DNA of 64,000 nt from Octopus vulgaris (taxonomy: Eukaryota): NCBI GenBank assembly GCA_951406725.2, contig OX597825.1, positions 72,602,001-72,666,000 on the forward strand. Reading direction: 5' to 3'. Each line of letters opens with the position of its first letter. The first letter of the stretch is position 1. A program made the position numbers and the translations under genes. The notes beneath the pieces were generated by a model that did not search any database, was not told where the DNA came from, and saw only the letters and a list, made by a program, of their open reading frames with translations. Of this stretch, positions 1 to 15,721 are shown one piece after another.

Positions 1-47
<47 letters not shown>

Positions 48-149
48 TAATAACGGGAAGGTTTACGAAAATAAACAAAAGACGAAGGCAGGTGGAGTAC
101 AAACAAACAAATGTATTTGTATGGCGCTCAAGAATAGAAACAGAACAAG

Positions 150-187
150 TCTTTTACGTTTCGAGCCTACACTCTTCGACAGAAAGA
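150..187 (-). ncRNA. Minimal type I hammerhead ribozyme motif (variant core CUGUCGA) in a (TA)n-adjacent element at ~47-220
   Basis: Reverse complement reads UCUUU-CUGUCGA-A-GAG(UGUAGG)CUC-GAAA-C-GUA-AAAGA: 5-bp stem I, stem II, palindromic ACGU stem III, GUA site. Core A6 is replaced by U. Confidence 0.55.
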
Positions 188-449
188 TACACAGAAAAAA
201 AACAAGGAGAGAAAAGAAAATGGTGTTAGAACACCTGCAGTGCTAGAAATAAGAGCTAAAACCTCTAATATTATAATTAGACCACATAATTGTCAGTACA
301 CATGTATAGAATCATGTGCCTTAACTACAGCACGAGAGCTTTTTAGCTGTTGCTTCTGGTAATGTAAGTGGTCTGACACCCTAATCGCATTTAGTGACAA
401 TTATAGTTTTCCTTTTAGGTTAAACATTGCACACTGCTGTCTGTATTAA

Positions 450-496
<47 letters not shown>

Positions 497-1295
497 CACC
501 ACGTGTCTTTGTATATGTACTTTTTTGTGGAGGTAAGTAACTTTTAAGCATTTAAGCTGTTGAATTGGTTCCACTTTAAGAGATTTACTTTCTAAATGAT
601 TCGATAAGAGCTAGAGTCGTTTTTTTTTTCTTCTTTGTATTTTCAATACGAGACCAAAATTCTTCTGTCAAATCATTAGAGAAGAAGAGTATTCAATGTT
701 GATTAGGCCCAGCTAATTAGAGTAGAGGAGTCTTTAGTGCTCGTTGGATCAAGAATTTATCGTCAGCTTATTAAAATAAATCCAGGATTTATAATCGGTT
801 CTACGATATTAGATAAGAGAACTGAGTCGAAAGATATCAAGGAACTTGGAACTAAATACCTGCTCATAATTCCTCTTATCTCTCCATGTTTGTAGTTTAA
901 GTTTAACCGGAGTCAACTATAAACATACAATACAGCCGGGTTTATTAAATAGTACACTAGGATATATATGCTGTGTACAGTAATTGACCTTCTGTATCGG
1001 CCATTGCTTTCTTCATCGACAATTTTCTTATGTCTAGGAGAAATAATTTATGTTGATTGCTTTCATATTTATTTATATGATGTATGTGAGTGTATGGCTG
1101 TATATTTGAGCGTGTGTGTGTGTGTGTGTTTAAGGCGATAGCCAGCATGGCTGCAGTCCAATGACTGGTAACATTGTAAACGAATAGAATATACACGATC
1201 ACAAACATCCACGCACGCATGATACACACACATATATATATACATACATATATATATACATATTTACATACACACACACGCGTACATACACATGC

Positions 1296-1378
<83 letters not shown>

Positions 1379-2467
1379 TAATGTACTGTGTGTTTGTGTT
1401 AATACATGTATATGCATGTGTGTGCGTGTGTGTATGTCTGTGTCTGTCTGTGTGTGGGTGTGGGCGGATGTGGGTTGGTGGGTGGGTGGGTGTGGGCGGA
1501 TCTGGGTTGGTGTGTGGGTGTGTGAGTGCGTGTGTATGTGTGTAAAATTTATTCTTCAAGAATGTAAAAGGAGACAGGTAGAAGAAAACACAAATACAAT
1601 AACGAAACTAAACGAAACCAAACGAAATCCGTCCCTCACCTGCTTATTTTTGTAAATACAGAATTGTTTATGGAACACAGACAGAAGATTTTGACTATTC
1701 TCAATTAGCTTAAAACGCCTATATATCTTGCAGTCAGTATAATTGAATGGAATTCAATATGTCATTCAGATAATACTAAGCTTGAAACATAAGTCGATTC
1801 ACTATCCTCAAACCTTATTTCTGTAAGCGGATTAATAAAGAGAAGGTCTATTGTTGATACAGTTTGATAGATATCACTTAATACAAAGCTTTGTCTTGCC
1901 TTTGTAATGTTTATGCCCACTATTTTATTTTTATTATATTATAGTCAAAGGAATAACTATTTCAATTAATCTATTCTGTATATTGTTTGTGAGTTTTCTC
2001 TCTATATTTATTCTGTTGGCTATAATATCAGTTAGTTAACGGTTTGAGCTTATTATTTAGATATTCATATTGCTAGCTTTCGATAAGAGAAAAACGTTTG
2101 TTATATTCAATACAATGGCTATAATGAAAAATATTTCATCTGTCTGTCTTCGCTTGTTGCTGTAAGCAGTAAGCTAGTGCTAACTTTCCCAGCCAGTCGA
2201 CTTCGCTTTCAGTGTTCAGCTTATTATTTCTACGAAACATTTTCACTTCACTTTATAAGAGCGGGTTGTTTTGGAGTTTTGGGGGATATTTGTTGTTTTT
2301 TTTTTCTTTGTCTAATTACAAATTCATATTTATTGTTATTATCGCTGCTGCTGCTTTTTGTCTTTGTTACTTTCCATCGTTCTAGTTCTATAACTCTCAA
2401 GCCAAACTTCATATATATATATATATATATATATAATACACATATCCATATATTCATGTATATATCT

Positions 2468-2772
<305 letters not shown>

Positions 2773-2790
2773 ATACATACATATATATAT

Positions 2791-3085
2791 GCGTGGCTTA
2801 GTGGTTAGGGCATTCGGCTCATGATCGTAAGGTTGTGAGTTCGATTCCCGGCGACGCGTTGTGTCCTTGCTCCAGTCCACTCAGCTGGCAAAAATGAGTA
2901 TTACCTGTATTTCAAAAGGGCCAGCCTTGTCACACTCTGTGTTACGCTGAATCTCCTTGCGAACTACGTTAAGGGTACAGGTGTCTGTGGAGTGCTCAAC
3001 CACTTGTACTTTAATTTCACGAGCAAGCTGTTCCGTTGATCGTGTCACCTGGGTCACTCGTCATCGTAACCGACGGAGTGCTCCC
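2791..3085 (+). mobile_element. tRNA-derived SINE, family A/B-type head with family A tail
   Basis: A box TGGCTTAGTGG and B box GTTCGATTCC. The 3' part matches the copies at 34520 and 57692 and ends CGTAACCGACGGAGTGCT. Confidence 0.85.
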
Positions 3086-3368
3086 ATATAAAGTAAAATG
3101 GAGAAAAATTGTTAAAATTGTTAAAATGTTTTCTCCTATATCGAAAATAATGGAAACCTCCATAGAGACAACTGGAATTTGAGAAGTATAAGGTACGAAT
3201 ATCGAACGAGAACGAACGATGAACACTAGTACATATACATGTATAGAACGTCCAATATCATTAATCCATATAGAGCTAAACTGGTGTACGTTTGGATAGA
3301 ATTTATCCCTAGGAAAGAACAATCTCTTTCTAATCAAACTTATATGTATATAAATATACATACACACA

Positions 3369-3455
<87 letters not shown>

Positions 3456-3827
3456 ACACTCCCACAAAAATCTATACAAACACAGGCCATAGCATGGCTG
3501 CATTGTTAGGAAGCTTCACGATCACGCGGTTACCTGTCGTAGAACGAAGAATATACTTTTGCCAGTACGTGTAATATCAGGTGTAACATTACACTTGCAA
3601 TTAATTGTTAATTAAGTACATTTGTTATAGATAACATATTCGTAACGCAACTATATAAATGAGAATTCTTTTTATTTTATTTTATTTTCTAATTTTCAAT
3701 TAATTGAATAAGCATTTTTATCTTAAAAATTAATATCCACTTCATTATTTTATGTAAGCAACATGAATTTGAAAAAAATGAAATATAATTATAATTATCA
3801 TACTTGTCTAACATTACCCCCAGTGTC

Positions 3828-5085
3828 AAGGCGACGATCTGACAGAATCGTTAGCATGCCACGCAAAATTTTTCGCTGTATTTCGTCCGTATTTATTTTC
3901 CTGGGTTCAAATTCCGACGAGGTCGACTCTTCCTTTTATCCCTTTCGTTGTTGATGAAAATAATTAGCACCTGATTATTGGATCCTTTATAATCGTCTTG
4001 CTCACTTCCACGAAATTGTTGACCTTGTGCCAAAATTTGAAACCAATATTACCTACAGTGTCAAGAGTATAGACTCAAAAGAAAGCATCAACTAACGTAA
4101 GCTGCTCTAATATTTATTCATTCCACTCTAGACACAGGATGAAAATTCATTGTTTCCGATATAACAAACCGTGAATAAAGCATTCATTGATGTTACGAGG
4201 ACGATACCGAACGATGTTAGTTAACTTAACTGTTGTATGGTCTTCAATTGCGAAAACGTTGAATTGTAAAATATTCTTTTCTACTCTAGGCACAAGGCCC
4301 GAAATTTGTGGGGAGGAGGCAGTCGATTTGATCGACCCAAGTGTGCAACTGGTACTTAATTTATCCACCCCGAAAGGATGAAAGGCAAAGTCGACCACGG
4401 CAGAATTTGAACTCAGAACGTAAAGACAGGGAAAACACCGCTCAGCATTTCGCCCGGCGTGCTAACGTTTCTTATTTCTTTATTGCCCACAACGGGCTAA
4501 ACATAGAGAGGACGAACAAGGACAGACAAACGGATTAAGCCGATTACATCGACGCCAGTGCGTAACTGGTACTTTTTTAATCGACCCCGAAAGGATGAAA
4601 GGCAAAGTTGACCTCGGCGGAATTTGAACTCAGAACGTAGCGGCAGACGAAATACCCCTAAGCATTTCGCCCGGCGTGCTAACAATCCTGCCAGCTCGCC
4701 GCCTCCGATTGGTACTTTATTAACAACGAAACGGTGGAAGGCAAAGTCGACCTCGGGGGTAATTTGAACTCAGGACGTACAACTGGAAGCAACGCCACTA
4801 AGCATTTTTCCCCGAATGCTAACGATTCTGTCAGCTCGCCTCTTTAAGCACTCAAGTGTAATTATAATACTTTCCTTTCTACTACAGGCACAAGGACTGA
4901 AATTTGGGGGGAGGGGGAAAGTTGGTTACATTGACCCCAGTACTTGATGGTATTTATACATTGACCCCAAAATGATGAAATGCTATGTTGACCACGGAGC
5001 TACATGAACTCAGAAGGTTAAGACGAACGAAATGCCACTTAATATTTTGTTTGGTGTACCAACGATTCTGCTAGCTCACGTCTTC
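3828..5085. mobile_element. Cluster of family C (Nin-domain-like) SINE copies: one + copy at 3828-4047 and several - copies/multimers at 4275-5085
   Basis: Repeated core GAGTTCAAATTCCGCCGAGGTCGACTTTGCCTTTCATCCTTTCGGGGTCGAT found many times in the window. Confidence 0.85.
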
Positions 5086-5138
5086 TTAACCCCATCTTAG
5101 TTTGTACAAAACACAGATGGGATTAAGAGGACGTACAT

Positions 5139-5190
<52 letters not shown>

Positions 5191-5200
5191 CATACATACA

Positions 5201-5231
<31 letters not shown>

Positions 5232-5258
5232 TATATATATATACATACATATATATAC

Positions 5259-5324
<66 letters not shown>

Positions 5325-5460
5325 CAGTGTACATTTAAACACATTAAGAGGTTTCCATCATAGGAATCCTTTACGCTAGAAAGAACAGCTAAAGTTCAAA
5401 TCACTAATTAGGGATAAATTCTCGAAGGGAATGAAAAACAAAAACATTTACCATCTCTTT

Positions 5461-5529
5461 CCTGGACCATGGTTTCTGACTTATTTTAGTAAATAAAATA
5501 ATTTACCAGGCGAAGTCTTCATCAGCAGG
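5461..5529 (-). ncRNA. Type I hammerhead ribozyme within a (TA)n-adjacent element at ~5340-5700
   Basis: Reverse complement reads CCUG-CUGAUGA-A-GACUU(long loop)AAGUC-A-GAAA-C-CAUG-GUC-CAGG: exact core, 4-bp stem I, 5-bp stem II, palindromic stem III ACCAUGGU, GUC site. Confidence 0.8.
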
Positions 5530-6219
5530 GATACCAAAGATTAAATATATAAACAACGAGGCCAATCCAGCATGTGCCTCTTGCTTATACATTTTAATTT
5601 TTTCAAATCCACCGCGCAAGCGCAGTCATTTTTGTCGGCAGCAAAAAGATGCCGGCAAATTCTTCGAACGAATCTACCAGAAATTATACATAATTAAAAT
5701 GATATATGATATATAGGCGTCTTCCTAGTGTTAAAATTATAGTAACGTCTGTGGGACTGAAACCGAAACCAAGTGGCTGGGAAGCAAGCTTCATACCATA
5801 CAGCCACGTTTATTTTATTTATTTATTTATTTTTATTTATTCATTCTCTTCCTTTTGGTCATTGGCCTGCGGCCATGCTGAGGCACCGCCTTGAAAGGTT
5901 CAGCCGAGTAAATCGACCCAAGTACTTACTTTTTAAAAGCCTGGCATTTGTTCCATCGGACACTTTTGCTGAACAACAGAACCTAGAAGGAAATTTGAAG
6001 AGCGGAAATTCTGCTCTACTTGTTAGCTATATATTAGCACTGATATCTATTTAGCGTGTGTGCATCATATTTATAATACATTACGCAGAAAAATAAAATA
6101 CTTGATTATGGACTTAAATTTAACTATTATAAATCTTTCTTATAACATCGGTTTAATCTAGAAGGATTTAATAGTGCTAGGAGAGTCAATAAAAATCTTG
6201 TTTGTATCGGCTCATGTCT

Positions 6220-6364
6220 ATTTGCATAATCCATATCCGGTAGGCGTTGTTTGATTTCGTAAATCCCATGGCTGTCTTTAGTAACTAACGTGCGAGATAA
6301 ATGACCGGAAGTTAATTTGTACAATGTCTTACAAGACAAACGTTCATTTATTCATCGCCATTTT
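6220..6364. promoter_or_regulatory. Candidate cis-regulatory motif cluster (octamer, ETS, YY1)
   Basis: ATTTGCAT at 6220, ACCGGAAGT at 6304 and CGCCATTTT at 6356, in non-repetitive sequence. Confidence 0.25.
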
Positions 6365-6519
6365 GTTTCTTTTAATTGTCTATTTAAACAATGAAAGATC
6401 AATGGCATCGATCAATTCTATTCAATCACTTGATCACTGGTGATTTTTTTTTTCATCGTGGTTTTTCTCACTGTCGGAACTAATTTGATAAATTTTTTGT
6501 TTTGTTTTTAATATAACCT

Positions 6520-6964
6520 TCTTCCCGCTCTCTACCTCACTTTCCCTCTCTTCTAATCTTTCTCTCTCTTTTCTTCCTTGATTTCTTTTTCTCTTTTTCT
6601 CTTTCTCCCTGTCTCTCTGTCTCCCTCTTTCTCTGTCTCCTTCTCTCTGTCTCCCTCTTTCACTATTTCCCTGTCTTTCTCTGTCTCTCTGTTTCCTTGT
6701 ATCCCTATCTCTCTTTCCTCCATCTCTCTGTCTCTTTCTGTTTCTCTCCCTCCCTGTCTCCCTATCTTTGTCTCCCTCTGTCTCTGTCTCCTGGTCTCGG
6801 TCTCCTTGTCTTTATCTCCCTGTCTGTCTCTCAATCTCGCTATCTCCCCGTCTCTTTGTTTTGCTGTCTCGCTGTCTCCCTATCTCTCTGTCTCATCGCT
6901 TCCCTATCTTTCTGTCTCTCCCTGTCTCTCTCCCTGGCTCCCAAGTTCCTTTTCTCCCTGTCTT

Positions 6965-7007
<43 letters not shown>

Positions 7008-7445
7008 TTCTTTGTCTCCCAGTTTCTCTGCCTCGCTGTTCTCTCTCTCTTTCTCTCTCTCTCTTCTCTCTCTCTCTCTTTCTCTCTCTCTCTTTCTCTC
7101 TCTCTCTTTCTCTCTCTCCCTGTCTCTCTGTCTCCCTCTGTCTCTGTCTTTCTCTCATTCTTTCACTTCTCTCTTACATGTCTCTCTTACATTCGTTTAC
7201 GTCTCAATACTCTCTCTCCCTCTTTCCTCTCCACTTCTCTCTTCTCTTCCAATTCTCTCTCACTCTCTCTTCTCCCAAACAACTCTCTACTTCCCCTCTT
7301 TCTCTTTCCCTTTGCCTCTCTCTTTCTTCCCTCCCCTATTCTCTTTTACTCCCTCTACTTCCCATTTTTCTCTCGCTCTCCTTTCATCATTCCTCTCCGC
7401 CTCACTCCCCTTTCCGTCCTTCATTCCTTCCTTCCTTCCTAATCT
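6520..7445. repeat. Polypyrimidine (CT/CTGT)-rich low-complexity tract
   Basis: Direct inspection. It accounts for the Ser/Leu-rich ORFs. Confidence 0.95.
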
Positions 7446-7749
7446 TTTCCATTACATCAGCTAAGATTTATAATTAGTAGATAAATTCTAAAGACTTAAT
7501 AGTCTTACAATTCATTTAGTACAGAAAATCAACAATTCAGACCTATATATCGAATCTGGCTTTAGATGTGTCAACTAAACGAATGTTTTAATCTTCATCG
7601 ATCGATTCGTATTAATTCTTCGGTAAATAGTAAAACGTTACAAGATTTACTAATTTACTTATTACAACCTATTGTATCAGAAAATCAAATCCGTCATTTG
7701 ATCTACATTCATTTGTGTATTGTTTTAATTTTCATATATATATATATAT

Positions 7750-8111
7750 GACGACGAGGGTTCCAGTTGATCCGATCAACGGAACAGCCTGCTCGTGAAA
7801 TTAACGTGTAAGTGGCTGAGCACTCCACAGACACGTGTACTCTTAACGTAGTTCTCGGAGAGATTCAGCGTGACACGGAGTGTGACAAGGCCGGCCCTTT
7901 GAAATACAGGTACAACAGATACAGGAAGAAAGAGTCAGAGAAAGTTGTGGTGAATGAGTAGAGCAGGGTTCGCTACCACCCCCTGCTAGAGCCTCGTGGA
8001 GCTTTAGGTGTTTTTGCTCAATAAACACTCACAACGCCCGTTCTGGGAATGGAAACCGCGATCCTACGACCGCGAGTCCGCTGCCCTAACCACTGGCCTA
8101 TTGCCCCTCCA
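7750..8111 (-). mobile_element. tRNA-derived SINE, family A
   Basis: Reverse complement of the 34520-34904 element. Confidence 0.9.
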
Positions 8112-8113
8112 TA

Positions 8114-8153
<40 letters not shown>

Positions 8154-8414
8154 TGTGTATGTGTGTGTGTGTGTGCGTGTATGTATGTATTATATAAGTA
8201 CGTATGATTGGATGGATGGATGGATGGATGGACTTTTCTGATTGTGTATATATATTTCTTGTTGTAATAATGATATTATTAATGATTTAAAAATATCCTT
8301 TTTATGTATTGACTTTTATTTTTAGCAAAAGAATCAGGGCTAGAGATAGGAGGGATTTTTTAAAAACATTTATTCCCCCTTTCTCAAGAGCATTAGAAGC
8401 GTATCAACATTTTT

Positions 8415-8545
8415 ATCATCATCATCACTACCACCACCACCACTACCATCATCATTATCATCATCATCACTACCACCACCACCATTACCATCATCATTAT
8501 CATCACCATCAGCACCAACACCACCACCATCATCATCATCATCAA
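8415..8545. repeat. (CAT/CAC)n trinucleotide repeat
   Basis: Direct inspection. Confidence 0.9.
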
Positions 8546-9514
8546 CCTCACGACGTCACTGTCCCGAGTCCTGGAATTCGTACTTTAACGGTTACCCGGT
8601 TTCCTTGGCGTACAACTGACCGAGATCACAGCATAATCCCCCTGAACAGGGAACCTGTCCATCACAGGGTTATTCATTTAAAGCCGATTGAACCGGAAGC
8701 AACGTGAAAGGAAGTGCTTTGCTCAAGGGACACTGCGCAACGCACTGCCCGGTCAGGAAATCAAAACCACCATGCACCTTCACATTAGAAGTGTAAACTA
8801 AATTAATAATATTCGAGAAAAATCATTAAGTTCTATTCCCCGAATATTTTGAGAAAATTCCAAGCAATATATCTATCAATTTCTCAGGTGCTGATCCTTC
8901 AGTTCGGGAAACTAAATTCATTGATCCTTAATCTTAATTCCAAGTCACAGTTATCGATATGTTGTCGCCTGATTCTATAGTATTAAGCAGGTGAGGGAAA
9001 GATATACCCTTTGATACAATGCGTTGATGTTTAATTTTTAATCCAAATTCCTTTGCATGGACCAACTGTCATAGGATCTTTCTCAAAAGCTTTCAAAATG
9101 AAGTAGCTTTTCTGGATGCCCGGATGACACCGCGACAAGATTTCCACCGTATCCAAATAGGACGCCCAAGAATTTGAAAGCCTGTAGGTTCCACTTCTGA
9201 GAAATGCATGCAAGGTTTGAAACAGTTTTGTAATGTGTGTACAAGAACTGTTCCCCAGGATTTCCTTCAAAGTGATATGTGATGTCTCTTTATCTTTATC
9301 AACTGTCCTCAGTCTCTCATCCTTGCTTCTAGCCACGACCAAAAGCCACTCTATCTTAGTCGCATGAGAGTCTCATATAAGAGTTTGTGTAATCTCACGG
9401 CAATGTTGTGCATGGAATGTATCCTTCTTATTCGTGTCAGCATCACTGCAAGTTTTCTGGAGTCATTATTTCGAAATACTTTCTTAATATTGCCATCAGT
9501 GTTCAGTTGATGTG

Positions 9515-9926
9515 AAATAAGCAATTAAATAGATTTCAACATTTTCATATGAGGTGAGATGTCAGCCATCTTCGACAATGTAGGCTGCCCGTTAAACATC
9601 AATACTTCAGTGACACAAATATCTGTCTTCAACGAGATGTTTAAGCAATCACTTGGTGACAGAGAGTTCTTAGGCAGACGATATCATGGAACTTGTTAGG
9701 GTATTTCCATGTATCTCAACAGTTTGTGAATACGAGGTTTGATAAAAGCAAACAATCTTTGTCAAGCCTAAGAACTCTCTGCTACCAAGTGATTGCTTAA
9801 ACATCTGGTTGAAGACAGATATTTGTGTCGCTGTAGTATTCATGTTTAACGGGCAGTCTACATTGTCGAAGATGGCTGACATCTCACCTCATATGAAAAC
9901 GTTGAAATCTATTCAATTGCTTATTT
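9515..9926. repeat. Inverted repeat with ~160-bp arms (9515-9675 / 9766-9926) and ~90-bp spacer
   Basis: Arms are reverse complements at roughly 90% identity, e.g. CATATGAGGTGAGATGTCAGCCATCTTCGACAATGTAG / CTACATTGTCGAAGATGGCTGACATCTCACCTCATATG. Confidence 0.9.
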
Positions 9927-10166
9927 ACTAGTTTTGTTGCTGCTACGACCGTGCTTGGCCCTAAACAAGGTTCGTCTTTCTGGCAAGGTGATTACCAGCC
10001 TCAGAAAAGCCTTCAGCACGTTTGCTTTCTTTTAGCTCCACCCGTTTTTCCGTGTTGTAAGTTTATAATATCGATTTTTCGCTATTTGTTTTCTTTTTGG
10101 CAGTAGCGAACATGTGGTTCACGGGTCAAACAACCATGTAAAGTTCTTCCTTGCATGAATGATGTA

Positions 10167-10744
10167 TTGGGTTGTCCGTAAAGTTCGTGCCGATTTTTAA
10201 AGGAAAAAAAAAGGTCAATAAATACTTGCCATTACATTTTTAATCATCCAAATATGAACCATTTTGTTGCACAATGCGTCTCCATCTTTCCTTTAACTTG
10301 AAAATACCCTCTTCCCAGAATTGAGGTTGTTTCATGGCAAAGAATTCATCAAGGTATATTTTTACGCCATCCAAGGAATTTTTTACCATTAAGAAATATT
10401 TACCATAAGACTATTCTGCAGAGACCTGAATAAGGGGAAATCCGAAGGAGCAATATCTGGTGAATATGGAGGGTGGGGTAATACATCCCAGCCGAGCTGC
10501 AGCAATTTTTGTCTGGTTCCCAAAGCATCAAGTGCCGAAAATGAATTTTCTTATCTTCCATTTGAAATGGTTACAGAATTAATACAGGTTATAGGAACAT
10601 AAACCTTCTTTTACGAAAAGATAGCTTAAACTGTGCTCTAAAAGGAGGTATAGTCAAATACTATTTTATGGACTCAATCATGTTCTAAAAAACGTCTAAA
10701 AGGTAAGCTACTTTAAATCGGCATGAACTTTCCGGACAACCCAA
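10167..10744 (-). mobile_element. Internally deleted mariner transposon with both TIRs and TA target duplication
   Basis: TIRs TTGGGTTGTCCGTAAAGTTCGTGCCGATTT / AAATCGGCATGAACTTTCCGGACAACCCAA flanked by TA. Minus strand encodes N-terminal MEDKKIHFRHLMLWE joined out of frame to C-terminal KLLQLGWDVLPHPPYSPDIAPSDFPLFRSLQ...KLKERWRRIVQQNGSYLDD*. Confidence 0.92.
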
Positions 10745-10829
10745 TATTTTAGGTTGTGATATATTCAGTAGAGGAAAACCCGGACAAAATGCTTATGGCG
10801 GAGAAAAAGAGGAACCTAAAACAAACTTC

Positions 10830-11190
10830 TATTTGCCTCTCCTCCTCTCATCATCATTGTTGTGCACCACCTTTACCTGAGGCATTGCTAAGATGATTAT
10901 GCCTAATCTTCCTTCCCTGAACTTTACCCCTCTGGAACTCTTTCCCTCTCCTTGTCTTTTCTATAGGTGATGACTCGCAAAATTTCAAGAGAAACATTAA
11001 TGACATCAGTCTCATCGCTCTGAAAGCGTCTGCAAATGTCATGGGTACTGCTCCTTCGCCCAGCCCCTCTGGTATTCTCTGTATTCAGTCGTATAAGTGT
11101 CCACTCGCAAAGGTTCAAGAGAAACATTAACGAAATCAATGTCACCGCTCTATAGGAGGGCATTGCTTCTTCTACCTCCAGACCCAGCAA
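10830..11190 (+). mobile_element. Degenerate 3' end of a CR1/L2-group LINE, terminal part duplicated
   Basis: Translation FLP*TLPLWNSFPLLVFSIGDDSQNFKRNINDISL resembles the 'RT..LWNSLP....FKR' ORF2 C-terminus. CTCGCAAA..TTCAAGAGAAACATTAA occurs twice. Confidence 0.55.
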
Positions 11191-12049
11191 GCAAATAATA
11201 AAATGCGTGTTTTCGTTATTTAACGCCTAGCTAGATAACATAAATCATACAAAGCACTCGGATAGAAGATTTATTCTACCTCGAAAGAAACGCGAAAATT
11301 ACAAAAAAAACAAAAAGCCCCAAGTTCAACAAAACACAAGAACTAACTTTCTGATAACCGACTCAATAAATCACCACGAGAAAAATTCTTCAATAGACCA
11401 ACATCATTTGACAACAGAAAAAACAAAATGCACGAAAAGAAAAAAAAGCAGGGTGCTTTATTTTCTTTCTATCAAATATTTTTTTCTTCTTCTTCTTTTG
11501 TCGCTGATGCAAGGATTTCATGGTCCATTGAAATTTTCATTAAATGTCATCTTCTGTCTTAAATTATTTCCGTTATTTATTTATTTATTTATTTATTTCA
11601 TTTTTCATTTATTTATTTTCTTCGCTGCTCTTTTTTTTTTTTTTAACTTCCATCGATGAGTATGTTACCGATTGCCTACGCGATCAAAATTCGAAGAGTA
11701 GTAGTAGTAGTAGTAGTGGTGGTGATGGTGGTGGTGGTGGTGGTGGTGGTGCTAAAGATGGTGGCGGTGTTCCCCGTAATGTGTCACAAAAGTGTTTTCC
11801 GCTCATCTAAATCCAAATCTACGTGAAAACGTTGTGACAAATCGTTTATACGTTCAACAAAAGCGATCTATAAATCATATTTAAAATGTAATGTAGGGGG
11901 CGGTTGTGAGGGGGTCAACTAGATCAAGATGGCGACACAGCAATGGCGGCAAGAGAGACGATGATGTCGTTTAATAATCTTTTTCTTTTTCTTTTGAGAA
12001 ATTTTGAGGGATGTCCATTTTTTGTATTATTTGTGTGTTAGTGTGTGTG

Positions 12050-14360
<2,311 letters not shown>

Positions 14361-14773
14361 TCGCGTACACACACAGGTAGGCATGTAAGTGTAAGCATTT
14401 TGTTCGATGTACTAATGATTCTAGCAGGTCACTGCCTTAATAATAATCCTTTCTAGCACATTGTACAAGGCATGAAACTTCATTGGGGGGGGGATAATCG
14501 ATCACAGCGACCCCCCCCACTCCCCCAGGATAAAAGGATGAAAGATCAAAGTCGACGTCAGCGGAACTTGAACTCAGAATGTAAAGGCGGACGGAATGCC
14601 ACTAAGCATTTTATCCGGCGTGCAAACTATTCAGGCAGCTCGCTGCCTTAATGATAATAATAATAATAATAATCCTTTCTACTATAGACCGTCTGGAAAT
14701 ATTTCTATAAATTCAGGTTCTAAGAAATTTCCTATAATTTCGATTTCTCAAGTTTATTGAATAGTTTTTTAAC

Positions 14774-15330
14774 TCCAATTTCTCGCAAATTTAAATATTC
14801 ATTGCATTCACTGCGTCCAATTTCTTCACAGATTTAAATATTCATTGCATTCACTGCGTCCAATTTCTTCACAGATTTAAATATTCATTGCATTCACTGC
14901 GTCCAATTTCTTCACAGATTTAAATATTCATTGCATTCACTGCGTCCAATTTCTTCACAGATTTAAATATTCATTGCATTCACTGCATCCAATTTCTTCA
15001 CAGATTTAAATATTCATTGCATTCACTGCGTCCAATTTCTTCACAGATTTAAATATTCATTGCATTCACTGCGTCCAATTTCTTCACAGATTTAAATATT
15101 CATTGCATTCACTGCGTCCAATTTCTTCACAGATTTAAATATTCATTGCATTCACTGCGTCCAATTTCTTCACAGATTTAAATATTCATTGCATTCACTG
15201 CGTCCAATTTCTTCACAGATTTAAATATTCATTGCATTCACTGCGTCCAATTTCTTCACAGATTTAAATATTCATTGCATTCACTGCGTCCAATTTCTTC
15301 ACAGATTTAAATATTCATTGCATTCACTGC
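14774..15330. repeat. 43-bp minisatellite, ~13 near-identical copies
   Basis: Unit ATTTAAATATTCATTGCATTCACTGCGTCCAATTTCTTCACAG. Starts run from 14789 to 15305 with a period of 43, and I see one internal substitution. Confidence 0.97.
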
Positions 15331-15643
15331 AGAGTATCCATTTTCATTTGCAAAGTCTCTCACTTTCTGTTTTGGAAAACCGATATTTTATTCTATTAAT
15401 GTATGCGTAATGTAAAAACATTATTTTATTGGCTGAATTGTTTTTTTAAAATACACGTATAAGTTTTGAACGCGGGAAAGCTGTGAGAAGAGCCTAGAAA
15501 GTTGGGTAATTATATTAGAATACAAGGGGGAAAATATGTAATCGACAAGTACTCGAAAACTGCACCTTATTCACAGTATCCAAACATTCTACACCACTAA
15601 GGCAATATATACACAAACAAGTTGCGCGTGCGACTTCAACAGT

Positions 15644-15699
<56 letters not shown>

Positions 15700-15721
15700 A
15701 ATATACACTCGCGCATAAAGC

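Noticed and set aside
8309-8707. His-rich ORF
   Set aside because: (CAT/CAC)n microsatellite followed by an antisense SINE B remnant.
14774-15330. CRISPR-like regular array
   Set aside because: Units are contiguous and identical, with no spacers, in a eukaryotic context.
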